Shown here: one piece after another, positions 53,261 to 64,000 of the stretch | Layout of the letters: each line of letters opens with the position of its first letter | How positions within the stretch are numbered: position 1 is the stretch's first letter | Source of the DNA: Vicinamibacterales bacterium | Lineage (GTDB): Bacteria; Acidobacteriota; Vicinamibacteria; Vicinamibacterales; UBA2999 | Assembly: GCA_036802945.1 (NCBI GenBank) | Contig: DAIRVG010000001.1 | Location: 97,166 to 161,165 of the forward strand | Reading direction: 5' to 3' | Length of the DNA: 64,000 nt | Program-made: the position numbers and the translations under genes | Notes under the pieces: model-generated | What the model was told of the DNA's origin: nothing | Seen by the model: the letters and a program-made list of their open reading frames with translations, nothing else | The model's database searches: none

Positions 53261-53557
53261 TCTTCATCGCCGCGGCCAGCACCCGATCGCGCGTTGATTG
53301 TCAGCGTCCGCGCACGTCGTGCCTGCTTCTGAACCTTCTTGAAAACTCCCTCCCCGCCCTGGTCAGCCCACAACTTCCGTGAGGTAGCGGAAGCGAATCG
53401 TTCCTGCCTGCGTCTCTGAAAATCGTCGGCCAGGATCGCGCAAACCGGCCGGCCCGATAATTGCCGCTTCGATGAATACTCCAGGTTGGTACCGACGACG
53501 GCGGAGCTGTGACAGGGCACGTTCGAAGTACCCTGCTCTGGAACGTCATCGATCGCG

Positions 53558-54652
53558 TTACTGCAGCAGTTCGTCGACCAGCCGCGCCACCTGCTCCCCG
53601 ATGGCGAGACAGGCGGTGAGTCCCGGTGATTCAATTCCCGCGGCCTGGATCAGTCGTGGACACGCTTCGTCTCTGCCAATCAGAAAGTCAGCGAATGTCG
53701 TCTCGGGTCCATGAAGCTTGGGACGGATACCGCTGCCGCCAAGGCGGAGATCCGAGAGTTGCAATGAGGGAAGGAGCCGCCGCGCCGGGTCGAGAAAGGC
53801 ATCAACAGGAAGACGCGCGTCTTCGTAGTCGTCCTTGCGACTCTGAAATCGCGTGGTCGGTCCGAGTGTCACGTTGCCGTGAATCGTCTTGCTCAAGTGC
53901 GTGCCGAGGCTGTGGGTGTGGGGAAGCGGATAGACGAGGCCGTTGACCAGCGCGCGTTTCGACGGCACGAGTTCCGCGTATTCACCCCGGCACGGAAAGA
54001 TGCGAAATGACGATCCTCCGAGTGCCGTAGAGATCTCGTCGGCATAGAGGCCGGCCGCGTTGACGACGGAACGAGCGTCGATCCGCTCCGACGCAGTCGC
54101 GATTTCGATCGAGCGGTCGCGCTGTTCGGCGCCTGTCAGCTCTGTTCCGGGCAACAGGAAGACACCTTGTTCTGCGCCGAGGCGCGCGAGCGTCCTGACA
54201 AGTGCTTCCGCTTCGAGAATCCCCGTATTCGGCGAGATGAGCGCGGCCACGGCCTGGACGTTCGGCTCGCGTGCGCGGACGTACGCGGCGTCCACCACCT
54301 CGAGGCCTTGAACGCCATTCGCGATCCCTTTGGCACGCAATCCTTCAAGCGCCGGGATTTCCGTGTCGTCGTGCGCGACGATCAGCTTCCCGCAGCGGCG
54401 GTGCGGCACGCCATGCGCCGCGCAGAATTCGTATAGCAAACGCGCGCCTTCCACGCAGTGTCTCGCCTTGAGCGACCCGGGCGGATAGTAGATGCCCGCG
54501 TGAATCACCTGGCTGTTGTGCGTGCTGGTGCCCATGCCGGGGCGCGGCTCCCTTTCGAGGACGCACACGCTGCGCCCCCGTCGCGCCAGGGCCAGGGCCG
54601 CGGCAAGTCCGACGACGCCCCCTCCGATGACCGCCGTATCGATCTGTTCCAT
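53558..54652 (-). CDS. FAD-dependent oxidoreductase (L-2-hydroxyglutarate oxidase/DAO-like)
   Basis: [20 protein letters not shown] and [15 protein letters not shown]. Confidence 0.75.
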   Translation of the reverse strand: MEQIDTAVIGGGVVGLAAALALARRGRSVCVLEREPRPGMGTSTHNSQVIHAGIYYPPGSLKARHCVEGARLLYEFCAAHGVPHRRCGKLIVAHDDTEIPALEGLRAKGIANGVQGLEVVDAAYVRAREPNVQAVAALISPNTGILEAEALVRTLARLGAEQGVFLLPGTELTGAEQRDRSIEIATASERIDARSVVNAAGLYADEISTALGGSSFRIFPCRGEYAELVPSKRALVNGLVYPLPHTHSLGTHLSKTIHGNVTLGPTTRFQSRKDDYEDARLPVDAFLDPARRLLPSLQLSDLRLGGSGIRPKLHGPETTFADFLIGRDEACPRLIQAAGIESPGLTACLAIGEQVARLVDELLQ

Positions 54653-54759
54653 CGCTCAGCCAAGGCGGGCCGTTCCATCCGGCCCTGCGTTGTGCATCAC
54701 CAGGTCATGAAGTACGATCGTCGATTGTGCGCGCGCCGCAGGTTCACACCGACGAACAG

Positions 54760-55865
54760 ATGCAGGTTCCGTTACTTGATCTCCAGCTCCAGTACGCGTC
54801 GATACGCGAGGACATCCTGTCCGCTGTCACGCGCGTCTGCGATTCGCAACAGTTCATTATGGGACCGGAGGTGGAACGGTTGGAATCGGAGGTGGCGGCT
54901 GTCATCGGCGTTCCACATGCCATCGCGGTATCGTCGGGGACCGACGCGCTGCTCGTCGCGTTGATGGCTCTGGGCATCGGTCAGGGCGACGAGGTGATCA
55001 CGCCGACGTTCTCGTTCTTCGCGACGGCCGGGTCGGTGGCGCGCCTGGGCGCGCGACCAGTGTTTGTCGACGTCGATCCCGAAACACTGATGCTGGACAT
55101 CGACCGTGTGCGCACCGCGATCACGCCGCGCACCAGGGCAATTATGCCGGTCCATTTGTACGGTCTCTGTGCCGACGTCGATGCGCTCAAGGCGGTGGCG
55201 GGTCCTGGCGTTCACATCATCGAGGATGCTGCGCAGGCGATCGGCGCCACCTATCATGGTCGTGCCTCTGGGACGCTCGGGACCATCGGGTGCTTTTCGT
55301 TTTTTCCGACGAAGAACCTTGGCGGGTTTGGCGACGGCGGTCTCGTGACGACGACCGACGCGGCAATCGCCGACCACGTGCGACTGCTTCGAAATCACGG
55401 CGCGCATCCGAAATACGTCCACCGGGAGATTGGCGGCAATTTCAGGCTCGACGCGCTCCAGGCGGCGGTCCTGCGCGTGAAGCTTCCTCACCTGAGCGAA
55501 TGGAACTCGAAACGGCGCGCAAACGCCGCACGCTACCGCGAACTGTTCACGAAGGCGGGTCTCGCCGGCCTCATCGGGCTTCCCGTGGAACCTCCTGGGC
55601 GAACGCATGTGTACCACCAGTTCGTGATCCGCGTGCCCGATCGTGACGCCGTGCGCGCGCATCTGGCGACGAGAGGCGTCGGAACGGAGGTGTATTACCC
55701 GGTTCCGTTCCATCGACAGCAGTGCTTTGCAAACCTGGGGCACGCGCTCGACGCATTTCCGAATGCCGACGCCGCGGCGTCCGACGTACTCGCGCTCCCG
55801 ATCTATCCCGAGCTGACACGCGAACAGCAAGAATACGTGGTGGCAAGCATCGCTGAGCGCGTCGC

Positions 55866-55869
<4 letters not shown>
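54760..55869 (+). CDS. DegT-family PLP aminotransferase (perosamine-synthase-like)
   Basis: [35 protein letters not shown] and [19 protein letters not shown] 54760 lies within the longer ORF from 54727. Confidence 0.85.
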
Positions 55870-57735
<1,866 letters not shown>

Positions 57736-57750
57736 AACATCGGAGAGAAC

Positions 57751-59043
57751 TTGGATCTCAAGGACAAGATACGAAACCGCCAGGCCCGGATCGGCATCAT
57801 CGGTCTCGGGTATGTCGGCCTGCCGCTCGCCGTGGAGTTTTCAAAAGCGGGCTTTGAAGTCACCGGCTTCGATGTCGATCTCGCCAAGGTCGACGCCATC
57901 AACAAGGGCCACAGCTACATCGGCGACGTGAGCAGCGAGGATGTCTCCGCGGCGTCGAAGGCGGGTAAGTTGTCGGCGACCGCCGACATGTCCCGTCTCC
58001 ACGACATGGACGCGATCGACATCTGCGTGCCGACGCCGCTCCGGAAGACGCGCGACCCGGACCTCTCCTACGTCGTGCTCGCGGTCGACGCCGTGCGCGC
58101 CCAGCTGCGCGCCGGACAGCTCGTGATTCTCGAGTCCACGACCTACCCCGGCACGACGGACGAAGTCGTCCAGCCCGCGCTTGAGGAGAGCGGTCTCAAA
58201 GCGGGGAAGGACTTCCATCTCGCGTTTTCGCCGGAGCGCGTCGATCCGGGGAACGTCACGCACACGACGCGCAGCATCCCGAAGGTGGTCGGGGGGGTCA
58301 ACGAGGCGAGCACCGAGCTGGCAGCGGAGCTGTACGGGTCGATCATCAGCACAATCGTGCCGGTGAGCTCGACGCAGGTCGCCGAGATGGTGAAGCTGCT
58401 GGAGAACACTTTCCGCGCCGTGAACATCGGCTTGGTCAATGAGATCGCGTTGATGTCGCACCGGATGAACATCGACGTATGGGAAGTGATCGAGGCGGCC
58501 AGCACCAAGCCGTTCGGGTTCATGCCGTTCTACCCGGGGCCTGGTCTCGGTGGCCACTGCATTCCGATCGATCCGTTCTATCTGTCATGGAAGGCGCGGC
58601 AGAACGGCTTCGAGTGCCGCTTCATCGAGCTCGCCGGCCATGTCAACGGCTCGATGCCCGCCTTCGTCGTCGAGCGGGTTGGCGAGGCGCTCAATTCGCA
58701 GAAGAAATCGATCAACGGATCGCGCATTCACGTGTTTGGCGTGGCCTACAAGAAAGACGTCAGCGACATGCGCGAGTCGCCCGCGCTCGACGTCATCGAG
58801 CTGCTGCACCGCCGTGGAGCCGTGCTCAGCTACACCGACCCGCATGTGCCCACGCTCGACCACGGCGGGCTCACGCTCAAGTCGGTGCCCGAGCGCGACG
58901 CCGCCAAAAAAGTCGACTGTGCGGTGATCTGCACCAATCACGCAGTGTTCACCTATGCCGATATGCCCAAGCGGTTTCCGCTGGTCGTCGACACACGCAA
59001 CGCGCTCAAGGGCATGGCCGGCGAGAACATCTTTCGGTTGTAG
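57751..59043 (+). CDS. Nucleotide-sugar 6-dehydrogenase (UDP-GlcNAc/ManNAc dehydrogenase-like, WbpA/WecC type)
   Basis: IGIIGLGYVGLPLA and GLGGHCIPIDP. TTG start. Confidence 0.85.
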   Translation: MDLKDKIRNRQARIGIIGLGYVGLPLAVEFSKAGFEVTGFDVDLAKVDAINKGHSYIGDVSSEDVSAASKAGKLSATADMSRLHDMDAIDICVPTPLRKTRDPDLSYVVLAVDAVRAQLRAGQLVILESTTYPGTTDEVVQPALEESGLKAGKDFHLAFSPERVDPGNVTHTTRSIPKVVGGVNEASTELAAELYGSIISTIVPVSSTQVAEMVKLLENTFRAVNIGLVNEIALMSHRMNIDVWEVIEAASTKPFGFMPFYPGPGLGGHCIPIDPFYLSWKARQNGFECRFIELAGHVNGSMPAFVVERVGEALNSQKKSINGSRIHVFGVAYKKDVSDMRESPALDVIELLHRRGAVLSYTDPHVPTLDHGGLTLKSVPERDAAKKVDCAVICTNHAVFTYADMPKRFPLVVDTRNALKGMAGENIFRL

Positions 59044-59065
59044 ACGAGACGGCTGTCTTGCTTAA

Positions 59066-60331
59066 TTACGCCCGTTTTCCGATGGCTGCGTAATCGAGGT
59101 AGGTGAACAGCAGGCGGTTGATCTTTTCGACGTTCTCGTTCAGCGTGGCGACCAGATTCTCAAAGCCGGCTGGCGGCTGCGCTGCAAGCGACTGCAATTT
59201 ATCGCTCTCCGGATAGGGCGCCCGATACCGAATCTCCACGTGCTGAAAGCCCGTGGCGATGAGCAGGTACTTCAATGTGTCTGGATGGACGGGACGCACG
59301 TGCGTCAGGTCGCGGATGTAGCTTTCGAAGAACGCGAACCAGCAGGCGGGATTGATCGTCTCGAGCACGATCGGCGCCCCCGGACGCAGCTTGTCGAACG
59401 CCGCATCGAGCAGCTGCATCAGGTAGCGCGGTTCGAGATGCTCGACGACCTGGGCCGCAAACAATCCCCCTAACGATCCGTCCGGCAGGCCGCGCAGGTA
59501 CGTGAGCGCGTCAGCGGTGACCGCATCGAGCCCGTGCGCGCAGCACACGTCCACCATCGCGGGGTTCACATCGATGCCGCGGGCGGTGATGCCCTGGTCG
59601 CGGAGCAACTCGAGGAACTCGCCGCGGCCGCAGCCGACGTCGAGGACGTCGCTCGCTTTGATCCCCGATCCCTGATCCCCGATTCCCAGGAACATCGGCA
59701 GATACTCGGCGACTCGCCGCTGGATATCTTCGGGCGAGCCACGGAACTGATCCTCGAAGCCGACGTACTTGTGGCTGTCGAGGTCATCGAACTGGTTGCC
59801 AGGGACTGTGTCGGCGGCGCTGCCAGGTGCGGCGTTCGCCTTGGGAGTTGGGAGTTGGGAATTGGAAGCTGGCGGCGCACCCGCTGCCAGCCTGGAGACC
59901 TCGCGTTTCAGGTTCTGTGCCGCCTGCTGCAGCACGCTGACGGCGGAGCGTAGCTCGTCGTGCTGTGCCGCAAGCGCGGCAATCGAGGTGTCGTTGCGCC
60001 GGTCGCGCGCTAGCAGGCTTTCGGTATGCCGGCGGATTCCGTCCCACTGGTTGATCGCGCCGCCAATCCACTCGATCGTCCTGAGGCTGGCCTCGTGGGC
60101 CTCGACCGCGACGGCTGCGTCGCGATTGAGGTGATCGACCAACGCGGCGTTGAACTCCTGCTGGCGTGACAGCACTCGTCCCAGGAGGCGCCGCGCCGTC
60201 GACGCCAGCCGGGACTTCAGCCCGCCTCCAGCCGGCGCATCGATGATTTGATACAGGCTGTTGAGGCGCTCGATCTGGTGGCGATCGGGTTGCGGAATCG
60301 GCGAAGGCTGCGGTCCCGTACGGTCGGACAT
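59066..60331 (-). CDS. Coiled-coil + class I SAM-dependent methyltransferase
   Basis: VLDVGCGRGEFL and LFAAQVVEHLEP. The N-terminal ~170 aa are helical and heptad-like. The linker is encoded by heptamer repeat tracts. Confidence 0.75.
   Translation of the reverse strand: MSDRTGPQPSPIPQPDRHQIERLNSLYQIIDAPAGGGLKSRLASTARRLLGRVLSRQQEFNAALVDHLNRDAAVAVEAHEASLRTIEWIGGAINQWDGIRRHTESLLARDRRNDTSIAALAAQHDELRSAVSVLQQAAQNLKREVSRLAAGAPPASNSQLPTPKANAAPGSAADTVPGNQFDDLDSHKYVGFEDQFRGSPEDIQRRVAEYLPMFLGIGDQGSGIKASDVLDVGCGRGEFLELLRDQGITARGIDVNPAMVDVCCAHGLDAVTADALTYLRGLPDGSLGGLFAAQVVEHLEPRYLMQLLDAAFDKLRPGAPIVLETINPACWFAFFESYIRDLTHVRPVHPDTLKYLLIATGFQHVEIRYRAPYPESDKLQSLAAQPPAGFENLVATLNENVEKINRLLFTYLDYAAIGKRA
59660..59687. 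repeat. Tandem heptamer tract GATCCCY x4 inside the methyltransferase CDS (G4-competent on the sense/minus strand)
   Basis: GATCCCC GATCCCT GATCCCC GATTCCC. The minus strand reads GGGAATCGGGGATCAGGGATCGGGG and encodes GIGDQGSGI. Confidence 0.85.
59842..59869. repeat. Tandem heptamer tract TTGGGAG x4 inside the methyltransferase CDS
   Basis: TTGGGAG TTGGGAG TTGGGAA TTGGAAG. This is the same heptamer as the right arm of the 43915-43995 element. It encodes SNSQLPTPK on the minus strand. Confidence 0.85.
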
Positions 60332-60335
60332 CGGA

Positions 60336-61118
60336 TCAGCGGCCGACGAGACCTTCAGCCGGGCTGCTCGCCGTCGCGTACATCTTCTTCGGAATGCGTC
60401 CGGCGAGGTGCGCGAGCCGGCCCGCGATGACGGCGTGCTTCATCGCGTCGGCCATGGCGACCGGTTCCCGGGCGCCGGCAATCGCGGTGTTCATCAGCAC
60501 CCCATCGGCGCCGAGCTCCATGGCCAGCGCCGCATCCGACGCCGTGCCGACCCCTGCGTCGACGATGACCGGGACGCGCGAGAACTCGCGGATGATGCGG
60601 ATGTTGTTGACGTTCTGGATGCCGAGGCCCGAGCCGATCGGCGCGCCGAGCGGCATGACCGCCGCCGCGCCCGCATCCTCGAGCTTCCGGCACGCGATCG
60701 GATCGTCGTTGGTGTAGGGCAGCACGACAAAGCCTTCTTTGACGAGCACGCGGGTTGCTTCGATCAGCGCCTCGTTGTCGGGGAAGAGCGTGCGCTCGTC
60801 GCCGATGACCTCGAGCTTGACCCAGTGCGACAGGCCTGCCTCGCGCCCGAGCCGCGCGGTGCGGACGGCTTCGTCGGCGGAATAGCACCCTGCGGTGTTC
60901 GGGAGGATGAACATCCGCGCCGTGTCGATGTAGTCGAGCAGTGACTCGCGTGTGCGATCGGAGATGTTCACGCGCCGCACCGCGACCGTCACCATGTCGG
61001 CGCCCGAGGCCTCGTGCGCCTGCGCCATGACGGCGTGCGACGAGTACTTGCCGGTGCCGACGATCAGCCGCGACCTGAACGTGCGGCCCGCGATCGTGAA
61101 AGGGGTATCAATTGCCAC
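60336..61118 (-). CDS. thiG: Thiazole synthase
   Basis: [25 protein letters not shown] and [14 protein letters not shown]. Confidence 0.9.
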   Translation of the reverse strand: MAIDTPFTIAGRTFRSRLIVGTGKYSSHAVMAQAHEASGADMVTVAVRRVNISDRTRESLLDYIDTARMFILPNTAGCYSADEAVRTARLGREAGLSHWVKLEVIGDERTLFPDNEALIEATRVLVKEGFVVLPYTNDDPIACRKLEDAGAAAVMPLGAPIGSGLGIQNVNNIRIIREFSRVPVIVDAGVGTASDAALAMELGADGVLMNTAIAGAREPVAMADAMKHAVIAGRLAHLAGRIPKKMYATASSPAEGLVGR

Positions 61119-61158
61119 AACGCGCCTCTGTGTTTCTGTGTCTGGGTGGCCGTCTCCG

Positions 61159-61359
61159 CTAGCCGCCGCCGACGAAGTTCACGATCTCCACGCGGTCGCC
61201 ATCGCCGACGAGCGTGGCGGCGAACGCGTGGCGCTTGAGAATCACGAGATTGTGCTCGACGGCGACGCGCCGCGGATCGATCGCGAGCCTCTGCAGCAAT
61301 TCTTCGACCGACAACGGCTGGTCGAGCTCGAAGGATTCCCCGTTGAGCGTGATGAGCAC
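61159..61359 (-). CDS. thiS: Sulfur-carrier protein ThiS
   Basis: 66-aa product [14 protein letters not shown]...[10 protein letters not shown] with a C-terminal GG. The GTG start lies within the longer 99-aa ORF. Immediately upstream of thiG. Confidence 0.75.
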   Translation of the reverse strand: MLITLNGESFELDQPLSVEELLQRLAIDPRRVAVEHNLVILKRHAFAATLVGDGDRVEIVNFVGGG

Positions 61360-61433
61360 CGGCGTGGCCGCGCAGAATTGTACCTGAGTCTGGCACTGCG
61401 ACGCGCGGCACGCAATTGGCGTCTCAGTGACGT

Positions 61434-62792
61434 ATGCTCCGAAGTATCTCGACAGCACCTCCAGCGTTCAATCGGTCCGCGGCCCTCGATCGGTTCCGCC
61501 GCGCGCGCGCACGGACTCGTGCGCTGTTCGACCTGCTCGATCCGGCGGCCTATTTCGAGAAGCCGATCGCGCTGCGCAATCCCATCGTGTTCTACGAAGG
61601 CCATCTCCCCGCATTCGCGGTCAACACATTGATCAAGAAAGGGCTTGGCCGTCCCGGTGTGGACGATCACCTGGAAACGATCTTCGCTCGCGGCATTGAT
61701 CCCGAGGCGGAAGCGGCGGCCGTCGCGCGCGGCAACCCGGCCTGGCCCGGCCGCGATGTCGTCCTCGCGTACGCCCGCGCGGCGGACGCACTCCTCGAGG
61801 ACGCTATCGCCGGCGGCGACCTGGTGCGGGACGATCATCCGTTGCTGCGCGACGCGCAGGCAGTATGGGCGATCGTCGAACACGAAGAGATGCACCAGGA
61901 AACGCTCGCCTACATGTGGCATCGGCTCCCGTATCGATCGAAGTCGAAACCGGAGCACTATCTCACGCTGCCTCCACGGCTGTCGGCGGGTTCGCCGCGA
62001 GCAGGGCGCGTCAGGATCCCGGAGGGCACCGCGCCGCTTGGGACCCGCGTCGACGCCAGGACATTCGCCTGGGACAACGAGCTCCCTGCGCATCGCGTCG
62101 ACGTTCGGGCATTTGAGGTTGACGTCCTCAACGTCACCAATGCCGATTTCATGGCGTTTGTCGACGCCGGCGGCTATGGTGATCCCCGCTGGTGGCGTGA
62201 GGAAGACTGGGCCTGGGTGCAGGAGGAGCGCGTCATGCACCCGGCGTTCTGGGAGCGCGATAGCGCCGGGTGGCACTGGCTCGCCATGTTCGAGCGTGTG
62301 CCGCTGCCGCCAGACTGGCCCGTGTACGTCACGTGGGCGGAGGCTCACGCCTACGCGCGATGGCGTGAGAGGCGGTTGATGACCGAAGCAGAGTTTCATC
62401 GCGCGGCATTCGCGACCCCTGCGGGACGCGACCGCCGGTTCCCCTGGGGCGAGACGCTCGATCGCGCGGCGGAACACGGCAACTTCGACTTCGCCCGCTT
62501 TGATCCGCTGCCGGTCGGTGCCTTTCCGGGCGGTGCCAGCGCATTCGGTGTTCAGGACCTCGTCGGCAACGGATGGGAGTGGACCTCGGATGTCTTCGCG
62601 CCGTTCGATGGCTTCACGCCCCTTCCCTCGTACCCTGAATACTCTGCCGATTTCTTCGATGGTCAGCATTTCGTGCTCAAGGGTGCGTCACCGATGACTG
62701 CGCGGGGGCTCGTGAGGCCCGGCTTTCGCAATTGGTTCCGGCCGCGATATCCCTACGTCTACGCCACGTTCCGCTGCGCGCAGGACGCCTAA
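61434..62792 (+). CDS. egtB: Ergothioneine-pathway sulfoxide synthase (EgtB-like: DinB-type N-domain + FGE-sulfatase-like C-domain)
   Basis: VFYEGHLPAF, HEEMHQETL, YVTWAEAHAYARW and GNGWEWTSD, ending in RCAQD. Confidence 0.8.
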   Translation: MLRSISTAPPAFNRSAALDRFRRARARTRALFDLLDPAAYFEKPIALRNPIVFYEGHLPAFAVNTLIKKGLGRPGVDDHLETIFARGIDPEAEAAAVARGNPAWPGRDVVLAYARAADALLEDAIAGGDLVRDDHPLLRDAQAVWAIVEHEEMHQETLAYMWHRLPYRSKSKPEHYLTLPPRLSAGSPRAGRVRIPEGTAPLGTRVDARTFAWDNELPAHRVDVRAFEVDVLNVTNADFMAFVDAGGYGDPRWWREEDWAWVQEERVMHPAFWERDSAGWHWLAMFERVPLPPDWPVYVTWAEAHAYARWRERRLMTEAEFHRAAFATPAGRDRRFPWGETLDRAAEHGNFDFARFDPLPVGAFPGGASAFGVQDLVGNGWEWTSDVFAPFDGFTPLPSYPEYSADFFDGQHFVLKGASPMTARGLVRPGFRNWFRPRYPYVYATFRCAQDA

Positions 62793-63766
62793 TGCAGCCG
62801 ACGCCCGCTCTCGACGATCGCGCCGCGTTCACCGCTGCATTTGCCGCCGACCTTGCCGACACCCTCCGCCGGCAGCCACGGCAGATTCCGTCCAAGTACC
62901 TGTACGACGAGCTCGGCTCAGCGCTGTTCGAAGCGATCTGCCGATTGCCGTGGTACCGGATCACGCGCGCGGAATCGTCGATGCTCGTTCGCTACTCCCG
63001 CGAGATTTTCCGTCCGCTCCGGCGGCCGGTCAGCCTCGCCGAGCTCGGGTGCGGCAGCGGAGAAAAAATCGCGCTGCTGGCGAGCGCGGCAGGTGAGCGG
63101 TTCCCGCTCATTCAGCTGATCGACATTTCGCAGGCCGCGCTCGATATGGCGCGCTATCGCCTCGAGGCGATCGGGATGCGCGCCGTGCTCGCGCACCATG
63201 TGCCCTATGAACAGGGAATCGTCCTGGCGGCACAGCAGCGGCCTCGCGAGGGATCGCTCGTGATGCTGTTTCTCGGATCCAACATCGGGAATTTCACGCC
63301 CACCGTGTCGCGCGATTTGCTCGCGCGCATCCGGCGTTCGTTGCGTCCTGGTGACGCGCTGCTCCTTGGCGCCGACCTCGTCAAACCGGAGCGTGAGTTG
63401 CTGCTCGCGTACGACGATCCGCTCAAGGTCACCGCGGTGTTCAACCGGAATCTGCTTCGGAGGATCAACGACGAGCTCGGTGGAAACTTCAATCTCGACG
63501 GGTTCACCCACCACGCGACATGGAATGCCTCGGAGCGACGTGTCGAGGTGCATCTGGTCAGCGTCAGAGCCCAGCGGGTCACCATCCCGGCAGTACCGAT
63601 CGAGTTCGACTTGAATGAAGGTGAAGCGATCTGGACCGAGAGCTCGCACAAGTATGAGCCGGCGCAGGTGCTGGAGGAAGGCATCGCCGCCGGGTTCAGC
63701 GGCGGTGAGCAATGGATCGATCAGGATGCGAAGTTTGCGTTGACGCGCTTCAGCGTGGCTGAGTAG
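62792..63766 (+). CDS. egtD: L-histidine N-alpha-methyltransferase
   Basis: KYLYDELGSALFEAICRLPWYRITRAE, ELGCGSGEK and FLGSNIGNF. The ATG overlaps the egtB TAA. Confidence 0.85.
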   Translation: MQPTPALDDRAAFTAAFAADLADTLRRQPRQIPSKYLYDELGSALFEAICRLPWYRITRAESSMLVRYSREIFRPLRRPVSLAELGCGSGEKIALLASAAGERFPLIQLIDISQAALDMARYRLEAIGMRAVLAHHVPYEQGIVLAAQQRPREGSLVMLFLGSNIGNFTPTVSRDLLARIRRSLRPGDALLLGADLVKPERELLLAYDDPLKVTAVFNRNLLRRINDELGGNFNLDGFTHHATWNASERRVEVHLVSVRAQRVTIPAVPIEFDLNEGEAIWTESSHKYEPAQVLEEGIAAGFSGGEQWIDQDAKFALTRFSVAE

Positions 63767-63789
63767 TGCCGCGCACGACCTTCCCAGTC

Positions 63790-64000
63790 ATGACTGTGGG
63801 GCTGCTGATCGCATCGACCGCCCTCTGCTTCATCTCGATCTGGATCGTGCTTCCACCGCCGCACGCGAGCCTGCTGCCGCTTGCGGTTGGCGCGCCCGAG
63901 CTCAGCCCATGGCTCCTGCTCGTGTCGCTGATCCTGTGCGCGATTGCTTTCCGCACGACCGGCGTTGATGTCACGGCGCGAGTGGTCTTCAGCCTTGCCG
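63790..64000 (+). CDS. 5' fragment of a gene for a membrane or secreted protein (truncated by the window end)
   Basis: ATG at 63790. The frame is open to the window end. Two hydrophobic segments, LLIASTALCFISIWIVL and WLLLVSLILCAIAF. Confidence 0.4.
   Translation, partial: MTVGLLIASTALCFISIWIVLPPPHASLLPLAVGAPELSPWLLLVSLILCAIAFRTTGVDVTARVVFSLA

Noticed and set aside
53233-53634. 133-aa and 82-aa minus-strand ORFs in the spacer after the last GT2 gene, considered as a small toxin/antitoxin or a transposase remnant
   Set aside because: They overlap the ends of both flanking genes, lack start-site support and contain no recognisable motif. They are kept only as a possible pseudogene scar in the findings.
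61360-61440. Possible TPP riboswitch upstream of thiS
   Set aside because: A CTGAGA-like element is on the minus strand, but the ACCTGA-like element (ACCTGAGTCTGG) is on the plus strand. The core motifs are therefore not co-linear on the thiS sense strand, and no P1-P5 architecture could be drawn.

Overview
This is a high-GC bacterial chromosome segment, roughly mid-60s % GC by eye. The gene content and a two-gene egtBD pair suggest a soil Acidobacteriota-like organism, but that is inference only. I found no rRNA, tRNA, CRISPR array, transposase or integrase. Positions ~440-53260 form one uninterrupted plus-strand array of about 45 genes. At least 19 junctions in it have overlapping stop/start codons (ATGA/GTGA/TTGA). 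The array encodes a very large glycan-assembly locus. It holds a MarR/EPS-type regulator behind a promoter and a 15-bp dyad operator, plus PAPS supply (cysC) and a sulfotransferase. It also holds three NeuA/KdsB-type cytidylyltransferases, two hydrolysing 2-epimerases (NeuC/LegG type) and two NeuB-family synthases. One synthase looks like the sugar-phosphate-using NANS type and sits with a HAD phosphatase, a fused transketolase, an aldehyde dehydrogenase and an SDR. Further genes are DegT aminotransferases, LbH acyltransferases, four methyltransferases, GT2/GT4 transferases and an ArnC/GtrB-type polyprenyl-phosphate GT2. There are also two very large GT-C-like membrane proteins, a KpsC/S-like transferase and a WecA-type initiating transferase with an unusual C-terminal module. 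Two multi-copy protein families that I cannot assign to a characterised family are interleaved with these genes. Family A has 3 copies, looks GT-B-like and carries the motifs SWDHLSSKAL and RPHP. Family B has 5 copies and carries the motif GPWLSEVGYE-LYW-PF-RW. One 891-aa protein (13288-15963) fuses family A to family B. I rank these paralog families, the fusion and the NANS/transketolase/ALDH sub-cluster as the best candidates for undescribed biology, possibly a sulfated and methylated poly-ulosonic-acid glycan system. No Wzx/Wzy, ABC exporter, PCP or OPX genes are visible in the window. Several of the few intergenic gaps carry palindromes built from tandem 7-8-nt repeats, and some of these are G-quadruplex-competent. 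Related heptamer tracts and a (GC)10 run occur inside coding sequence. Downstream of 53.3 kb lie a minus-strand FAD oxidoreductase, a GDP-6-deoxyhexose/amino-sugar module (aminotransferase, reductase, gmd, nucleotide-sugar dehydrogenase), a coiled-coil methyltransferase, thiS-thiG and egtB-egtD. All functional calls come from motif reading of the supplied translations. No database search was possible.
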